Assembly: GCF_036365525.1 (NCBI RefSeq) | Contig: NW_027141646.1 | Coordinates: 558,001 to 622,000, forward strand | DNA: 64,000 nucleotides | From: Heterodontus francisci | Lineage: Eukaryota | Reading direction: 5' to 3' | Shown: piece by piece, positions 24,129 to 37,489 of the stretch | Layout: each line of letters starts with the position of its first letter | Position numbering within the stretch: position 1 is the stretch's first letter | Translations under genes and position numbers: made by a program | The notes under the pieces: model-generated | Database searches by the model: none | What the model saw: only the letters and a program-made list of their open reading frames with translations | What the model was told of the DNA's origin: nothing

Positions 24129-26814
24129 AGGATCCTTGCTAAATGTGAAAGACACAGGAAGCATCTGAAAAGTGTATAGATTGAACCAATTAGGATACTC
24201 GGAACAATTCAGAACTTAATATGGTAAAAGAAAGGGTGATGGGGATGTCATTGATACACTTAGCAAGGGGCGAACAGAACATTGTTGGCACACTGAGAAG
24301 GAGAAGATAGACTATGGTCAACACAGCAAGAGAAGAAGAAGGAGGGAAGTCCATGTCCCAGCAAGCTCAGAATCAAGAACCAGTACTGAGTGTTACTGTA
24401 TACTTATTGCTGTTGTTAAGGATTAACTTTGTAGATCTTAGTTAAGCCCAATAAACTTTCTGACTTGAACACAGAACTTGACTCTGTACCTCGTAGGTCC
24501 ATCTTGGTCAAGAATCTCAAGGTGAGACAGGTTGGGTATTCTCTGTCTCACCTCTTTTCAGGTAACATCTACCTGAAACTTACAGCTCTTTACTATTTAC
24601 ATACATTGCTATGTATTTTGTCCTCCTCAAACTTCCAAATTATGGTCCCTTGAAAGCAATGTTGTTAATAAAGGTTTCTGTGTCAGCCGACTGCATACTT
24701 CTTCACATTAAAAAGACATCAGTTCGCTACTACACTCTGTCTCCTATCCTTTAGCCAACTACCATCTCAGCATACCAGTATCAATTTTTAACATGAACTT
24801 CTATTTTCTGTGTAACTCTGTTATGTACTACTTGATCGAATGCCTTTCAAAAAGCAGATATCCAACATCTATAGTACTACCTTCAGCAAAGTCAACCCCA
24901 AGAATTCAATCAGGTTAGTCGCACATGATTTGTCCTTAGCAAATCGGTACTGCTTGTCCCTTATTAACTCATCATTCTACAAGTTGAAGTTCATTTGATC
25001 CTTGAAACTTGTTTGCAATTGTTTTCGACCACTGATGATAAAATTAATTGGTCTGTAGTCACCAGCATTTTCCTTCCCGTTTCTAGAACAGGACTGTAAC
25101 ATTTGCACTGTTTCAGGCAACTGGATCTACTTCAATATCCAAACATTATCGTCAGGAATTCTGTTATCTGCATCAGTAATCTGAGATGCTTTCTATCTGG
25201 ACTCATTAACGTGAAGTGATCCCAATCTATTGAGAACCTCCTTTCTGTCTATTTTCATTCTATCCAATATCTCTGTACCCCTCCTCTACCGGGACATTAA
25301 CTTCATCCTTGCTTTTGTGAACAGACATATAACGCTCTCATTACCTTTTCCAACACAAGGAGATGTCCTTTCTTTATCCCTAAATGGTCCGCAATTTCTT
25401 GCACCATCATTTTGTATTTTTGTATATTTATCAATGATTTTTGTTTCTCTCTGTTGTTACTCATTAATATTTTCTTATAATCTCTTGCAAACATTGTTCT
25501 TTTTTTACCTGCACTTTCACTATTCTGCCTGGAAGGAATTATGGTGATGTCGAGGATATGGGATATTTGTACAAATCACTGCCATTATTATTGAAGTGAT
25601 TGGCGCTGCAAACAATCTTTGAGTCATATTCATCAAAAGCAAATTATTGGTAACGTGTGGCGCTGAGACTGGAAGGTTGTCTGAAAAAGGCAGGGGAGCG
25701 GGTGCAGGGGCGGCTCCTCATTTGGCCAAAACACTCTGGTCGAAGTGCAAGAGTGAGTCCGAGTATTTCCAGGATGAAGAATAAATATCTGTTTAATATC
25801 ATGCGGAGTGAAACTCTTGGTCACGGAAATGATACCTGTAAGGCCTTGTGCTGTCAATCTGCCGTGTGTATGGGAGGGAAGGATGGAGTGGAAGAGCCTC
25901 TGTATTTCCCCAGTACTGAATTGCAGTGGGTTGGATGTTTTATCAGTCTCTAACTCTGCCTGTTGGGTGAGTAGGCGACAGAAACGATACCAGTTCCCAT
26001 CCCTGTGTGACTGTCACTCCTTCTGTTGTGTGTGTGCAGGATTAAACCCTGAGTCCCTCGATCCAGCTCTGGCTGCTATATCTGGAAAGATGCTGAATCT
26101 TTCAGTAGTTGATCTGCTCAAACCGAGCTCAAGGCCTGAGTGGTGAACAGAATTTCACATTAATTGTGTGAATAATACTATGATTGAACAGCAGGTTATG
26201 ATCGACTGGACCAAAGGCTGGAAAAATTCCTGTCCATAAATCTTTCAACAGGGAGTTCGAGGATCTCCTGACTCCGAGCGTTTCAGGGATAAAGGAGTAG
26301 AAATCGGCAACTGAGCCCTGAAAATTCACAGCAAAGACTGTGTACATGAGGATATTTAACAACCGGGAGCTGAAACTCTGGGACGGGCTCTATTTTCACT
26401 GTGTTTGTGTGTCCGGTATAATCGCGGCAGCTCCGTGTCTCTCTTGTTTAGAATGAAACGATGAAGATCCGCCATTCGGTATTACACACATTGATCGCGG
26501 GTTTTACTCCGGTTAAACAAACCTTTGCTGACTGAAATGAATTCTACAAGGTCCCAGCAAACACACCTACTTCCTCCTTCCTCCCATGTTTCTGTCGGAT
26601 TGTTTTGAGAGGAGGGCCTCAATAATAACAAACAGCCTGCAGGGGGAGACGGCAATTTGAACATCTAAATGGGATCAGCTCCCGGCTTTCTAGGTTATAG
26701 ATTCCCTCCACCCCTCCCCACCCACCCTCCACCCTAACCCCATGTTCAGTTTCACTGTTCACACATTAATGAGGGTGAAATGGGGAAAGTTCCCATTTAT
26801 TTTCGTTGCAGAGA

Positions 26815-27100
26815 GCTGCGCACGCGCTGTATAGCCCCGCCCACTGGAGACGTCATCATGAGGAGAAGAGCGCATGCGCTCCCCTTCCCCGAACACTGCC
26901 TCTGAGCGTCATTCAGTGAGTGAGCGGAAGATTGTTTCAATCAGCTGCGAATGGAGACATCCGGGTCCCGGGGTAAGTGAACAAACAACATCTGCTTCCA
27001 GCAGCAACACCAGGTTTGGGAGCGAGTCTGCAGATGTGTTCAGAGATTAACATTGAATAGCGGGGAAGTTCAACGGGAGTCGGGGACTGTGTTGAATGAA
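26815..27100 (+). promoter_or_regulatory. CpG-rich promoter and first exon of the unknown repeated unit (copy B)
   Basis: GC box ccccgccc, gacgtca, gcgcatgcgc, gcggaag, ATG 26951, donor cggg|gtaagt after 26972; homologous to 12260-12550. Confidence 0.65.
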
Positions 27101-27103
27101 CAG

Positions 27104-27760
27104 TAGAGGCCTGGATACCCGAGTCCAACCCGAGCGGGACCCGAGCACATGTGTCCGCCTCGGCTCGGGCCCAGCTTGTGGCTCCGGCTTTCGGGCTCGG
27201 GTCCAGTTCGGGTTCGGGTCGGACACACTCGGTCAGTCTCTGCTGGTCTGTATTGAAATAAAAAAAAACTGACCGGAGCTGGGAGTCCGGGTCGGAATTG
27301 AGTCTGCGCAGTGAGCCGGTGCCGTTACTGTCATCACGCATGCGCTGCAGATTTTAGCAGGTTGGGGGTCAAGAAGAGTTGGGTCGGGTCCGCTGATGTT
27401 CGGTCGGGTTGTTGGTGTGTGTGTGGACTCAAGTCCTAACAGTGAACAGTTTAATTTTTTTATATAAATACTGCATATTTTATAATCAATTTATGATAAT
27501 TATTCATTCAGGACCTTCCTGTTCTCTGCATTTCATCTGCTCACTGGATAAACTTGCAGCAAGTATTTCAACCCGTAAAGCATGAGTTTACATAATGTAT
27601 AATGATATTTACTGAGACTTCGGTCAATCGCTGTGTTTAGTTTAAGCAATACAGATCCTGGTAAAGTGTGGAAACAACTCCATGGGTTTCTATTTAACTC
27701 GTGACCAAACAATCACTGACATTGTGCTCCAATCTTCATCTTTTAAACAATCTTTCAACC
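27104..27760 (+). mobile_element. hAT-type terminus / truncated non-autonomous element
   Basis: Begins TAGAGGCCTGG with dense CGGGTC/CCCGA subterminal words; starts where homology to copy A ends; second terminus missing. Confidence 0.55.
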
Positions 27761-28076
27761 AGCTGAAACAGATTGTTTATCTGACATTGCCACAAAAACT
27801 TACAAAGATGTCAAAAGATAGATGGACACTCTGAAAGCTTTGGAGGTTTGAGATTCATCCATGACATCAAATAATCTAGGCTAAGAATATTTTTCTTTAA
27901 AAAAAGTGAAAGGTAACTTCATGCAAAATTGTATTAAATGTCAATGCTGGAAATTGTTCAACATGCTTTGTCAATGTTAACATATATGATTTGTTTTGCT
28001 TTGTCGGCTATTCGAGGTGCTGGCTATTATGTGTTTGCTGATCAACCAGAAGTCTTCAATCAAACAGTAATGTAGA

Positions 28077-28630
28077 TCTGCAGTACTGTAGACTAATGAT
28101 CAGACAGCACTGGGAATATGCAGTACTGTAGACTAATGATCAGACAGCACCGGGAATCTGCAGTACTGTAGACTAATGATCAGACAGCACCGGGAATCTG
28201 CAGTACTGTAGGCTAATGATCAGACAGCACCGGGAATGTGCAGTACTGTAGACTAATGATCAGACAGCACCGGGAATGTGCAGTGCTGTAGACTAATGAT
28301 CAGACAGCACCGGGAATCTGCAGTACTGTAGACTAATGATCAGACAGCACCGGGAATCTGCAGTACTGTAGACTAATGATCAGACAGCACCGGGAATCTG
28401 CAGTACTGTAGACTAATGATCAGACAGCACCGGGAATCTGCAGTACTGTAGACTAATGATCAGACAGCACAGGGAATCTGCAGGATTGTAGACTAATGAT
28501 CAGACAGCACCGGGAATCTGCAGTACTGTAGACCAATGATCAGACAGCACCGGGAATCTGCAGTACTGTCGACTAATGATCAGACAGCACCGGGAATCTG
28601 CAGTACTGTACATTAACAATCAAACAGCAC
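28077..28630 (+). repeat. 40-bp minisatellite (~13.5 units)
   Basis: cagtactgtagactaatgatcagacagcaccgggaatctg in tandem with no spacers. Confidence 0.98.
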
Positions 28631-28689
28631 AGCGAAAGCCTGCTATCTGATCTGTCATTTTTCCAACCAATCAATCTTTCCTTTCACTG

Positions 28690-29365
28690 AACGTAACTTG
28701 CAGGTACAGCATGCAATTAACAAGGTAAATGGTATGTTGGCCTTCATTGCAAGAGGATGAGTATAGGAGTCAAGATGTCTTGCTGCAATGAAATAGAGCC
28801 TTGTTGAGACTGTACCTGGAGTATTGTGTGCAGTTTTGGTCTCTTGCCTAGAAAAAGATATACTTGTCATAGACGGAGTGCAATGAAGGTTCACCAAACT
28901 AATTCCAGGGATGAAGGGATTGCCTTATGAGGAAAGATTAAACGGACCGGGCCTTTATTCTCTGGAGTTTAGAAGAATGAGAGGTGATCTCATTCAAACA
29001 TACAAAATTCTTACAGGGCTCAACAGTGTAGATGCAGGAAGGATGTTTCCCCGGACTGGGGATCTCGAACCAGGGGACACAGTCTCAGAATAAGGAGCAG
29101 GCCATTTAGGACTGAGATGAGGAGGAATTTCTTCACTCAGAGGCTGGTGAATCTTTGGAATTCTCTACCCCAGAGGGCTGTGGATGCTCAGTCATTGAGT
29201 ATGTTCAGGATGGAGAGCGATACATTTCTATATACTAAAAACATCAAGGGTTACAGGGATAGCGCAGGAAAATGGTGTTGAGGTAGATCAACCACGATCT
29301 CATTGAATGGTGGAGAGGCCTCAAAGGGCTGAATGAGCTACTCCTGCTCCTAGTTCTTCTGTTAA
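28690..29365 (+). mobile_element. CR1-like LINE 3' fragment
   Basis: MKGLPYEERL..LYSLEFRRMRGDLIQTYKIL plus 3' tail. Confidence 0.88.
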
Positions 29366-29537
29366 TGTGTTGTAGTCAGGTTAAGGGGGAACAAAACTGT
29401 GCTGCTGCACTGCAGTGCTGTCCAACACTGACACTTTGTTTCACCGGGTTCCCACTGTGGAAATGACAATGATGAAACTGTAAAGTTCTAACCCTCACCA
29501 GTTCTTGTCTTGCAAGGAATACTTCTCCTTTGTGCAG

Positions 29538-29794
29538 GAACCGGAATAGATGTGATGTTTCCCAGGACCAAGGAACAGTGCAGCCCAGATCCTTCTAACA
29601 CACAGTAGGTACGTGATCATTCCCATAGTGTAAAGGTACAGACAGCTCACCAGTTCCACTGTCAGGGACACCAGAAGGAGTCAGTCTCAAACTGATCCCA
29701 AGATCCAGACACACATTTTCAATCCCAACAAGGTAAATAGAGCAGGAGAGACAGACATTGTATCCAGTTCAAACCAATTCAGTAATGCTGACAG
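29538..29794 (+). other. Exon-like block of the repeated unknown unit (copy B)
   Basis: cttctcctttgtgcag acceptor and acag|gtagag donor; shares ctgatcccaagatc..acacattttcaatcc with the other copies. Confidence 0.45.
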
Positions 29795-29829
29795 GTAGAG
29801 ACATGAATCCCAGGTCAACTCTCAGATCT

Positions 29830-30722
29830 AAATAGAGTCATATACAGCAGAGGAGGCTATTCGGCTAATTGACTCCATGTTTACTCTCCACAAAGCAATA
29901 CAGTCAGTCCCACTCCCTGTCTCGATCCCCGTGGCCCTGCAAGTCTATTTCTCTCAGGTGACCATCCAACATCCTACTGAAGTCAGTGATTGTCTCCATT
30001 TCCACCTCCCTTGTGGGCAGTGAGTTCCAGGTCATTACCACCCTCTGTGTAAAACAGTTTTTCCTCATATTCTCCCTGAATCTCTGGTCAAAAACATTCA
30101 ATCTGTGTAAACTAGTCCTTGTACCAATTGTTAATGGGAACAATTTTTCCCTTTCCAGCGTGCCTGTTAAAATCCTGAACACTTCAGTTAAATCTCCCCT
30201 CAATCTCCTTTGTTATGAGGAGAAAAAGCCCAGCTTTTCCAACCTAACCTTGTAACTGAAATCCTCCATCCGTGAAACCATTCTGGTAAATCTCCTCTGC
30301 ACCCTCTCAAGGACCCTCCCATCCATGCTGAGGTATGGTGACCAGAACTGGACCAGAGCTTTGTAAAGGTTCAGCATAACTTCGCTGCCTTTGTCCTCAA
30401 TGCCACTGTTTATAAAGCCCAAGATCCCATATGTTTTACTAACCACTCTCTCAATACCTCCTGCCACCTGCAATGATCTATGCACTTGCACCCTCAGGCC
30501 CCTCTATTCCTGCAAAATCTTTAGAACTGGGCCAATAATTATATATTGCCTCTCCCTATTCCTTCTGCCAAAATGCATCATCTCACACTTGTCAGTATTA
30601 AATTCCATCTGCCACCTCTCTGCCCATTCTCCTAGCCTGTCTATGTGCTGTTGCAGGCGGTTCATATCATCCTCTCTGTTTGCCTCACCTCCATGTTTGG
30701 TGTTGCCATCAAATTTTGAAAT
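29830..30722 (-). mobile_element. CR1-like LINE 3' fragment
   Basis: YGILGFIN..EVMLNLYKALV..LERVQRRFTRMV..RGDLTEVFRIL. Confidence 0.88.
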
Positions 30723-31379
30723 AGACTCTGTGCACGCTGAGTTATAAATTAAATATTAGACAGATCTGACACACTGGACTCGATTGAAAGGTGTTGAATT
30801 CATACCAGGTAGATGCTCCAGGAAACAAATTAAAATGTCTCCCACTTAACCTACAGTATGAGTTTAAACAATATTCATCCCAATAGTGTAACCTTACACC
30901 CAGCTTAGATGCAAGTCCAAAATTCTGTGCAGTATCAGATTGAGTGATGCTGTAAAATAGTGAAACCCCGAGGGACAACTTTGATCACAGTTCAGCATTC
31001 ATCCACATTATGCAGCTGCAAGATGCAGTGTCAATTGTTTTCGGCCCAGAGCTACAAATTACATCCCATTTCAAACTGAAAGATACAGTGTCAATTCCAT
31101 CACTGTAGATTGAGCTCCAGGATACAAGCCAGTCTGAAAACCTCATGCACTATCATTAGTGCTGTAAAGGTTGGGGTAAAATTATGTATCACTGATGTGT
31201 TTACAGTGAGACTGAGTCAATGGTAGTTATAACACTCTCATATTCGTTAAATAAAATCTACAGAATCAAACCCAGTGTTGTCATCATTTAAATTAAATGT
31301 GACGTAAATACCTACTGAGGTATTAATGTTAAATATATTATTTGAGAGACCAGAGGTGAGATGCAAATGAAATACATCT

Positions 31380-32640
31380 GACAAATGAACAGCAGATGCA
31401 CAAACATACAAGAGACTGACAGATACAGACTAAATCTCACACTCTCCTCCAGTACCACAAACAGAGTGAATCACATGCTTACACACTGTAGCAGGGAATG
31501 TCAGACCCCTCAAACAGTACCACAGACTGATAGGTACAGACAGAATGCCACACACATACACTACTGACATAGACAAACTGAACCACACATTCACATACAG
31601 TGCCAGAGACTGAAAAATACAGAATTAATCCCACTTATACACAGTACCAGAGTCTGACAGAGAATGAATTTCTCTCTCTCTCACACAGAAAACACACACA
31701 CATTCAGATGCAGTAACGGAGACTTACAGATAAAAAAGATAGTGCACACTGACAATAAACTATATAGACTGACAAATACTGAATGAATCCCATATTCACA
31801 AACAATACCAGACATTGAGAAATACAGAATTAAACTCGAACTGATAGACTGCAACAGAGAATGACACAAACAGCATTAATCACTCACTCGTACTTTAGCA
31901 CAAACTGACATAGACAGAAAGAACCTAACACACACAAACAGTACCAGTGACTGAGAGATACAGAATGAACCCCACATTCACAGACAGTAGCAGAGACAGA
32001 TAGGGAAAGTATCCAACACTCTCATAGAGTAATGAACACGGAGAATGAATCCAAAACACACACACACTTTCCCATGGACAGACAGATACAGGTAGAATTC
32101 GACACGCACAGTAGCAGAGACTGATATAAATATAAAATACATCCCATGCTCACATACTGCAACAGAGACTGACAGTAACAATATTAATCCCACACATGAA
32201 AAAATAGCAGAGACTGACAGATGCAGGTAAAATACAAAAACACACACAGTACCAGACAGTGTGTGATACAGAATTAATCTCTCATTCATATTGAATCAGA
32301 GTGTCAGAGGCAGAATGAATCTCACACGAATAAACTGCACCAGGGACTGAGAGATCCAGAATCAATTTCTCTCACACAAAGATACAATAGCAGAGAAAGT
32401 CAGATACAGAATGAATCCGGATTCCCATAGAGTGGCAGATACAGACTGAAACACTCACTAACATACTATAGCAGAGCAGAGTGAATACAGAATAAATTCC
32501 ACACACACGGACAACAGAGAGAGAGACAGAAAGATCCAGAACTAATTTAACACTTACACAGTAACAGATTATGACAGCGAGAGACTTAGACCCAAACAAC
32601 ATACTGTACGAGAGAGTGACAGCTAGAGAATTAATCCCAC
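31380..32640 (+). repeat. Degenerate 46-bp family array
   Basis: acagtaccagagactgacagatacagaatgaatcccacac-like monomers. Confidence 0.75.
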
Positions 32641-33602
32641 ACTCAAACAAAGTAACAGACACTGACAGATACAGAATTATTCCCACACTCACACACAGTA
32701 AAATACACTGACAGATACTGAACTAATCCCACACTCACACACAGTAACAGACACTGACAGATACAGAATTAATCACATCATCACACACAGTAACAGATAC
32801 TGACCGATACAGAATTAATCCCACACTCAAACACAGTGACAGATACTGACAGATACAGAATTAATCACATCATCGCACACAGTAACAGACACTGACAGAT
32901 ACTGAACTAATCCCACACTCACACACAGTAACAGACACTGACAGATACTGAATTAATCCCACACTCACACACAGTAACAGATACTGGCAGATACAGAATT
33001 AATCCCACACTCATACACAGGAACAGACACTGACAGATACTGAACTAATCCCACACTCACACACAGTAACAGACACTGACAGATACTGAATTAATCCCAC
33101 ACTCACACATAGTAACAGACAATCACAGATACTGAATTAATCCCACACTCACACACAGTAACAGACACTGACAGATACAGAATTAATCCCACACTCACAC
33201 ACAGTAACAGATACTGACCAATAAAGAATTAATACCACATTCAAACGCAGTAACAGACACTGATTGAAACAAAATTAATCCCACACTCACACACAGTAAG
33301 ACACTGACAAATACTGAATTAATCCCACACTCACACACAGTAACAGACACTGACAGATAAAGAATTAATCCCACACTCACACACAGTAACAGACACTGAC
33401 AGATACAGAATTAATCACACACTCACACACAGTAAGACACTGACAGATACCGAATTAATCCCACACTCACACACAGTAACAATCAGTGACAGATACAGAA
33501 TTAATCCACTCTCACACACAGTAACAGACACTGACAGATACAGAATTAATCCCACACTCTCACACAGTAACAGACACTGAAAGTAACAGAATTAATCCCG
33601 CA
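32640..33602 (+). repeat. Homogeneous 46-bp minisatellite (~21 units)
   Basis: agtaacagacactgacagatactgaattaatcccacactcacacac with period 46 (32881 to 32927). Confidence 0.97.
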
Positions 33603-34199
33603 CAATATATTTGCTTGACATTTAATTTAAATGATGGCAACACAGTGTTTGATGCTGTTGGTTTTATTTAACTATTATGAGAGTCTTTTGAACTACTATT
33701 GTCTCAGTCTCCCTATAATCACGAGAGAGAGACATACTATTAGTCCAAGCTTTACAGCACTCATGATAGTGCATGAGGTTTTTAGACTGGCTTGTATTCT
33801 GGAACTCAATGTACAGTGATGGAATTGACATAGTATCTTTCAGTTTGAAATGGGATGTAATGTGTAGCTCTGGGCTGAAAACAATTGACACTGCATCTTG
33901 CAGCTGTATAATGTGGATGAATGCTGAACTGTGATCAAAGTTGTCCCTCGGGGTTTCTTTATTTTACAGCATCACTCAATCTGATACTGCACAGAATTTT
34001 GGACTTGCATCTAAGCTGGGTGTGAGGTTACACTATTGGGATGAATATTGTTTAAACTCATACTGTAGGTTAAGTGGGTGACATTTTAATTTGTGTCCTG
34101 GAGCATCTAGCTGGTATGAATCCAACACCTTTCAATCGAGTACAGTGTGTCAGATCTATCTAATATTTAATTTGTAGCTCAGCCTGCACAGAGTCTATT

Positions 34200-35110
34200 T
34201 CAAAATTTGATGGCAACACCAAACATGAAGGAGAGGCAAACAGTGAGGATGATATTTACCGCCTGCAACAGGACATAGATAGGCTAGTAGAATGGGCAGA
34301 GAGGTGGCAGATGGAATTTAATACTGACAAGTGTGAGGTGATGTTTTTGGCAGAAGGAATAGGGAGAGGCAATATATAATTATTGGCACAGTTCTAAAGA
34401 ATTTGCAGCAACAGAGGGTCCTGAGGGTGCAAGTGCAGAGATCATTGTCGCTGGCAGGACATATTGAGAGAGAGGTTAGTAAAGCATATGGGATCTTGGG
34501 CTTTATAAACAGAGGCATTGAGTACAGAAACAGGGAGGTTATGCTGAACCTTTATAAAGCTCTGGTTAGACCCCCAACTGGATTACTGTGTCCAGTTCTG
34601 GTCACAATCCCTCAGCATGGATGGGAGGGTCCTTGAGAGGGTGCAGAGGAGATTTACCAGAATGGTTTCAGGGATGGAGGATTTTAGTTACAAGGTTAGG
34701 TTGGAAAAGCTGGGCTTGTTCTCCTCAGAACAAAGGAGATTGAGGGGAGATTTAACTCAAGTGTACAAGATATTAACAGGCAAGCTGGGAAGGGAAAAAC
34801 TGTTCCCATTAACAAATGGTACAAGGACTAGGTTACACAGATTGAATGTTTTTGACCAGAGATTCAGGGGGAATATGAGGAAACACTGTTTTACACAGGG
34901 GGTGGTAATGACCTGGAACTCACTGTCCACAAGGGACGTGGAAGTGGAGACAATCACTGACTTCAGTAGGATGTTGAATGGTCACCCAAGAGAAATAGAA
35001 TTGCAGGGCTATGGGGATCCAGCCAGGGAGTGGGACTGACTGTATTCCTTCGTGGAGGGTAAACCTGGAGTCAATTGGCCGAATAGCCTCCTCTGGGCTG
35101 TAAATGACTG
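34200..35110 (+). mobile_element. CR1-like LINE 3' fragment (mirror of 29830-30722)
   Basis: KAYGILGFINRGIEYRNREVMLNLYKALVRP; RRLRGDLTQVYKIL. Confidence 0.88.
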
Positions 35111-35158
35111 TCTGATTCTGTTGAAATCTGAGAGTTGACCTGGGATTCATGTATCTAC

Positions 35159-35415
35159 CTCTCAGCAGCACTGAATTGGGTTGAACTGGATACAATGTCT
35201 GTCTCTCCTGCCCTGTTTACCTTGTTGGGATTGAAAATGTGTGTCTGGATCTTGGGATCAGTTTGAGACTGACTCCTTCTGGTGTCCCTGACAGTGGAAC
35301 TGGTGAGCTGTCTGTGCCTTTACACTCTGGGAATGATCACGTACCTACTGTGTGTTAGAAGGATCTGGGCTGTACTGTTCCTTGGTCCTGGGAAACATCA
35401 CATCGATTCCGGTTC
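35159..35415 (-). other. Exon-like block of the repeated unknown unit (copy C)
   Basis: Reverse complement of 29538-29794 with acceptor and donor retained. Confidence 0.45.
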
Positions 35416-35584
35416 CTGCACAAAGGAGAAGTATTCCTTGTAAGACAAGAACAGGTGAGGGTTAGAACTTTACAGTTTCATCATTGTCATTTACACAGTG
35501 GGAACCCGGTGACACAAAGTGTCAGTGTTGGACAGCACTGTAGTACAGCAGCACAGTTTTGTTCCCCCTTACCCTGACCACAGC

Positions 35585-36240
35585 ACAAGAACATAAGAAC
35601 TCGGAACAGGAATAAGCCATTCAGCCCTTTGAGCCCTCTCCACCATTCAATGAGATCATGATTGGTCTGCTTCAACACCTGTAACCCTTGACATTTTTTA
35701 ATATATAGAAATGTACCGATCCCCATCTTCAACATACTCAATGTCTGAGCATCCACAGCCCTCTGGGGTAGAGAATTCCAAAGATTCACCCGCCTCTGAG
35801 TGAAGGAATTCCTCCTCATCTCAGTCCTAAATGGCCTGCTCCTTATTCTGAGACTGTGTCCCCTGGTTCTAGATCCCCAGTCAGGGGAAACATCCTTCCT
35901 GCATCTACCCTGTCGAGTCCTGTAAGAATTTTGTATGTTTGAATGAGATCACCTCTCATTCTTCTGAACTCCAGAGAATAAAGGCCCGGTCTGCTATATC
36001 TTTCCTGATAAGGTAATCCCTTCATCCCTGGAATTAGTTTGGTGTACCTTCCTTGCACTACCTCTATGACAAGTATATATTTTTATAAGTAAGAGACCAA
36101 AACTGCACACAATACTCCAGGTACAGTCTCAACAAGTCTCTATTTCATTGCAGCAAGACATCTTTACTCCTATACTCATCCTCTTGCAATGAAGGCCAAC
36201 ATCCCATTTACCTTGTTAATTGCTTGCTGTACCTGCAAGT
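35585..36240 (-). mobile_element. CR1-like LINE 3' fragment (mirror of 28690-29365)
   Basis: LYSLEFRRMRGDLIQTYKILTGLDRVDAGRMFP. Confidence 0.88.
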
Positions 36241-36304
36241 TATCTTCAGTGAAAGGAAAGATTGATTGGTTGGAAAAATGACAGATCAGATAGCAGGCTT
36301 TCTC

Positions 36305-36545
36305 AGTACTGTCTGATCATTAGTCTGCAGTACTGCAGATTCCCGGTGCTGTCTGATCATTTGTCTACAGTACTGCAGATTCCCGGTGCTGTCTGATCAT
36401 TAGTCTACAGTACTGCAGATTCCCAGTGCTGTCTGATCATTAGTCTACAGTACTGCAGATTCCCAGTGCTGTCTGATCATTAGTCTACAGTACTGCAGAT
36501 TCCCTGTGCTGTCTGATCATTAGTTTACAGTACTGTAGATCTACA
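36305..36545 (-). repeat. 40-bp minisatellite (~6 units), inverted relative to 28077
   Basis: gtgctgtctgatcattagtctacagtactgcagattcccg units. Confidence 0.97.
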
Positions 36546-37209
36546 GTACTGATTGATTGAAGACATCTGGTTGATCAGCATACACATAATGGCCTGCACA
36601 TTGATTAGCCTGCAAAGGAAAACAAAACATATATGTTAATGTTGACAAAGTATGTTGAACAATTTCTAGCATTGACATTTAAAACATTTTGACATAAAGT
36701 TTCCTGTCACTTTTTTAAAGAAAATTTTCTTAACACAGATTATTTGATGTCACAGGTGAATCTCAACTCTCCAAAGCTTTCAGATTGTCCATCTATGTTT
36801 TAGATCTTTGTAAGTTTTTGAAGCACTGCCAGATAAACAATCCGCAAGTGATGCTTGTTAATTGTTTTCCACACTGGACTGTCTTGTTCCTCTATAAGAT
36901 TACAGTTCAGTCTTAGAAGAGATAAAACATCCCAGAAACCCTGATTTGAAGTATTAAAATGCAAAAAAAATAATCTAAAAGTTATCAAATACAGCTATGT
37001 ATTTACTGAAAATCTGTCTTCAAACTCCTTGAGTACATAAAATTAAAGATCTCAACTCTCAGAGTGGAAGTAAGTTTTTGTAGATAACTTTCAAATACAG
37101 ACAGTGTTTCTCTTTTCTGTCAGAAATATCTGCCTGTCTCTTCTGAGACTTTAAAACAATGTCTTGACTCCCTCATGATTTTTAAGCAGTCTTCTCATGA
37201 GATTTTCCA

Positions 37210-37385
37210 TTTTCTCTCCACAAAGAAAGGCTTGCTCTTCTGGAGCACCTTTCACAATCACAGGACGTCCCAAACCACTTTCCACCCAATGAAGGTCTTT
37301 GCGAATTGTAGTCACTGTTGCAAAGTAGGAAACACAACAGCCATTGCCCACAGCAAGTTCCCACAAACAGCACTGTGATAATAAC
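37210..37385 (-). mobile_element. Deu-domain SINE 3' fragment (SacSINE1/AmnSINE1-like)
   Basis: Minus strand gctgtttgtgggaacttgctgtg..ttcctactttgcaacagtgactac..tttgggacgtcctgtgattgtgaaaggtgct resembles the DeuSINE 3' consensus as I recall it. Confidence 0.6.
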
Positions 37386-37489
37386 CAAATAAAACAGAAA
37401 CAAATCGTGTCAAACCGCAGATTACAAAGAAAACAAACAGCCTACTCCAACGAGGCACCCAATCAGCAGTGAGGTGAACATTGGATTTA

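Larger units (their letters stand above)
24129..31305 (+). repeat. Left arm of a large inverted duplication (partner 33615-45343)
   Basis: Blocks match in reverse complement and reverse order, e.g. 28640-29870 vs 35060-36300, 30720-31305 vs 33615-34200, 25560-25800 vs 43870-44125, 24130-24730 vs 44670-45343. Confidence 0.9.

Noticed and set aside
26937-27341. ORFs over the CGGGTC-rich region (also 41493-41798 and 62920-63320)
   Set aside because: GC-rich transposon-end and promoter sequence; frames are not preserved between copies
28077-28630. 40-bp repeats (also 36305, 61307) and 29-bp repeats as a CRISPR array
   Set aside because: Units are head-to-tail with no unique spacers, there are no cas genes, and the context is vertebrate
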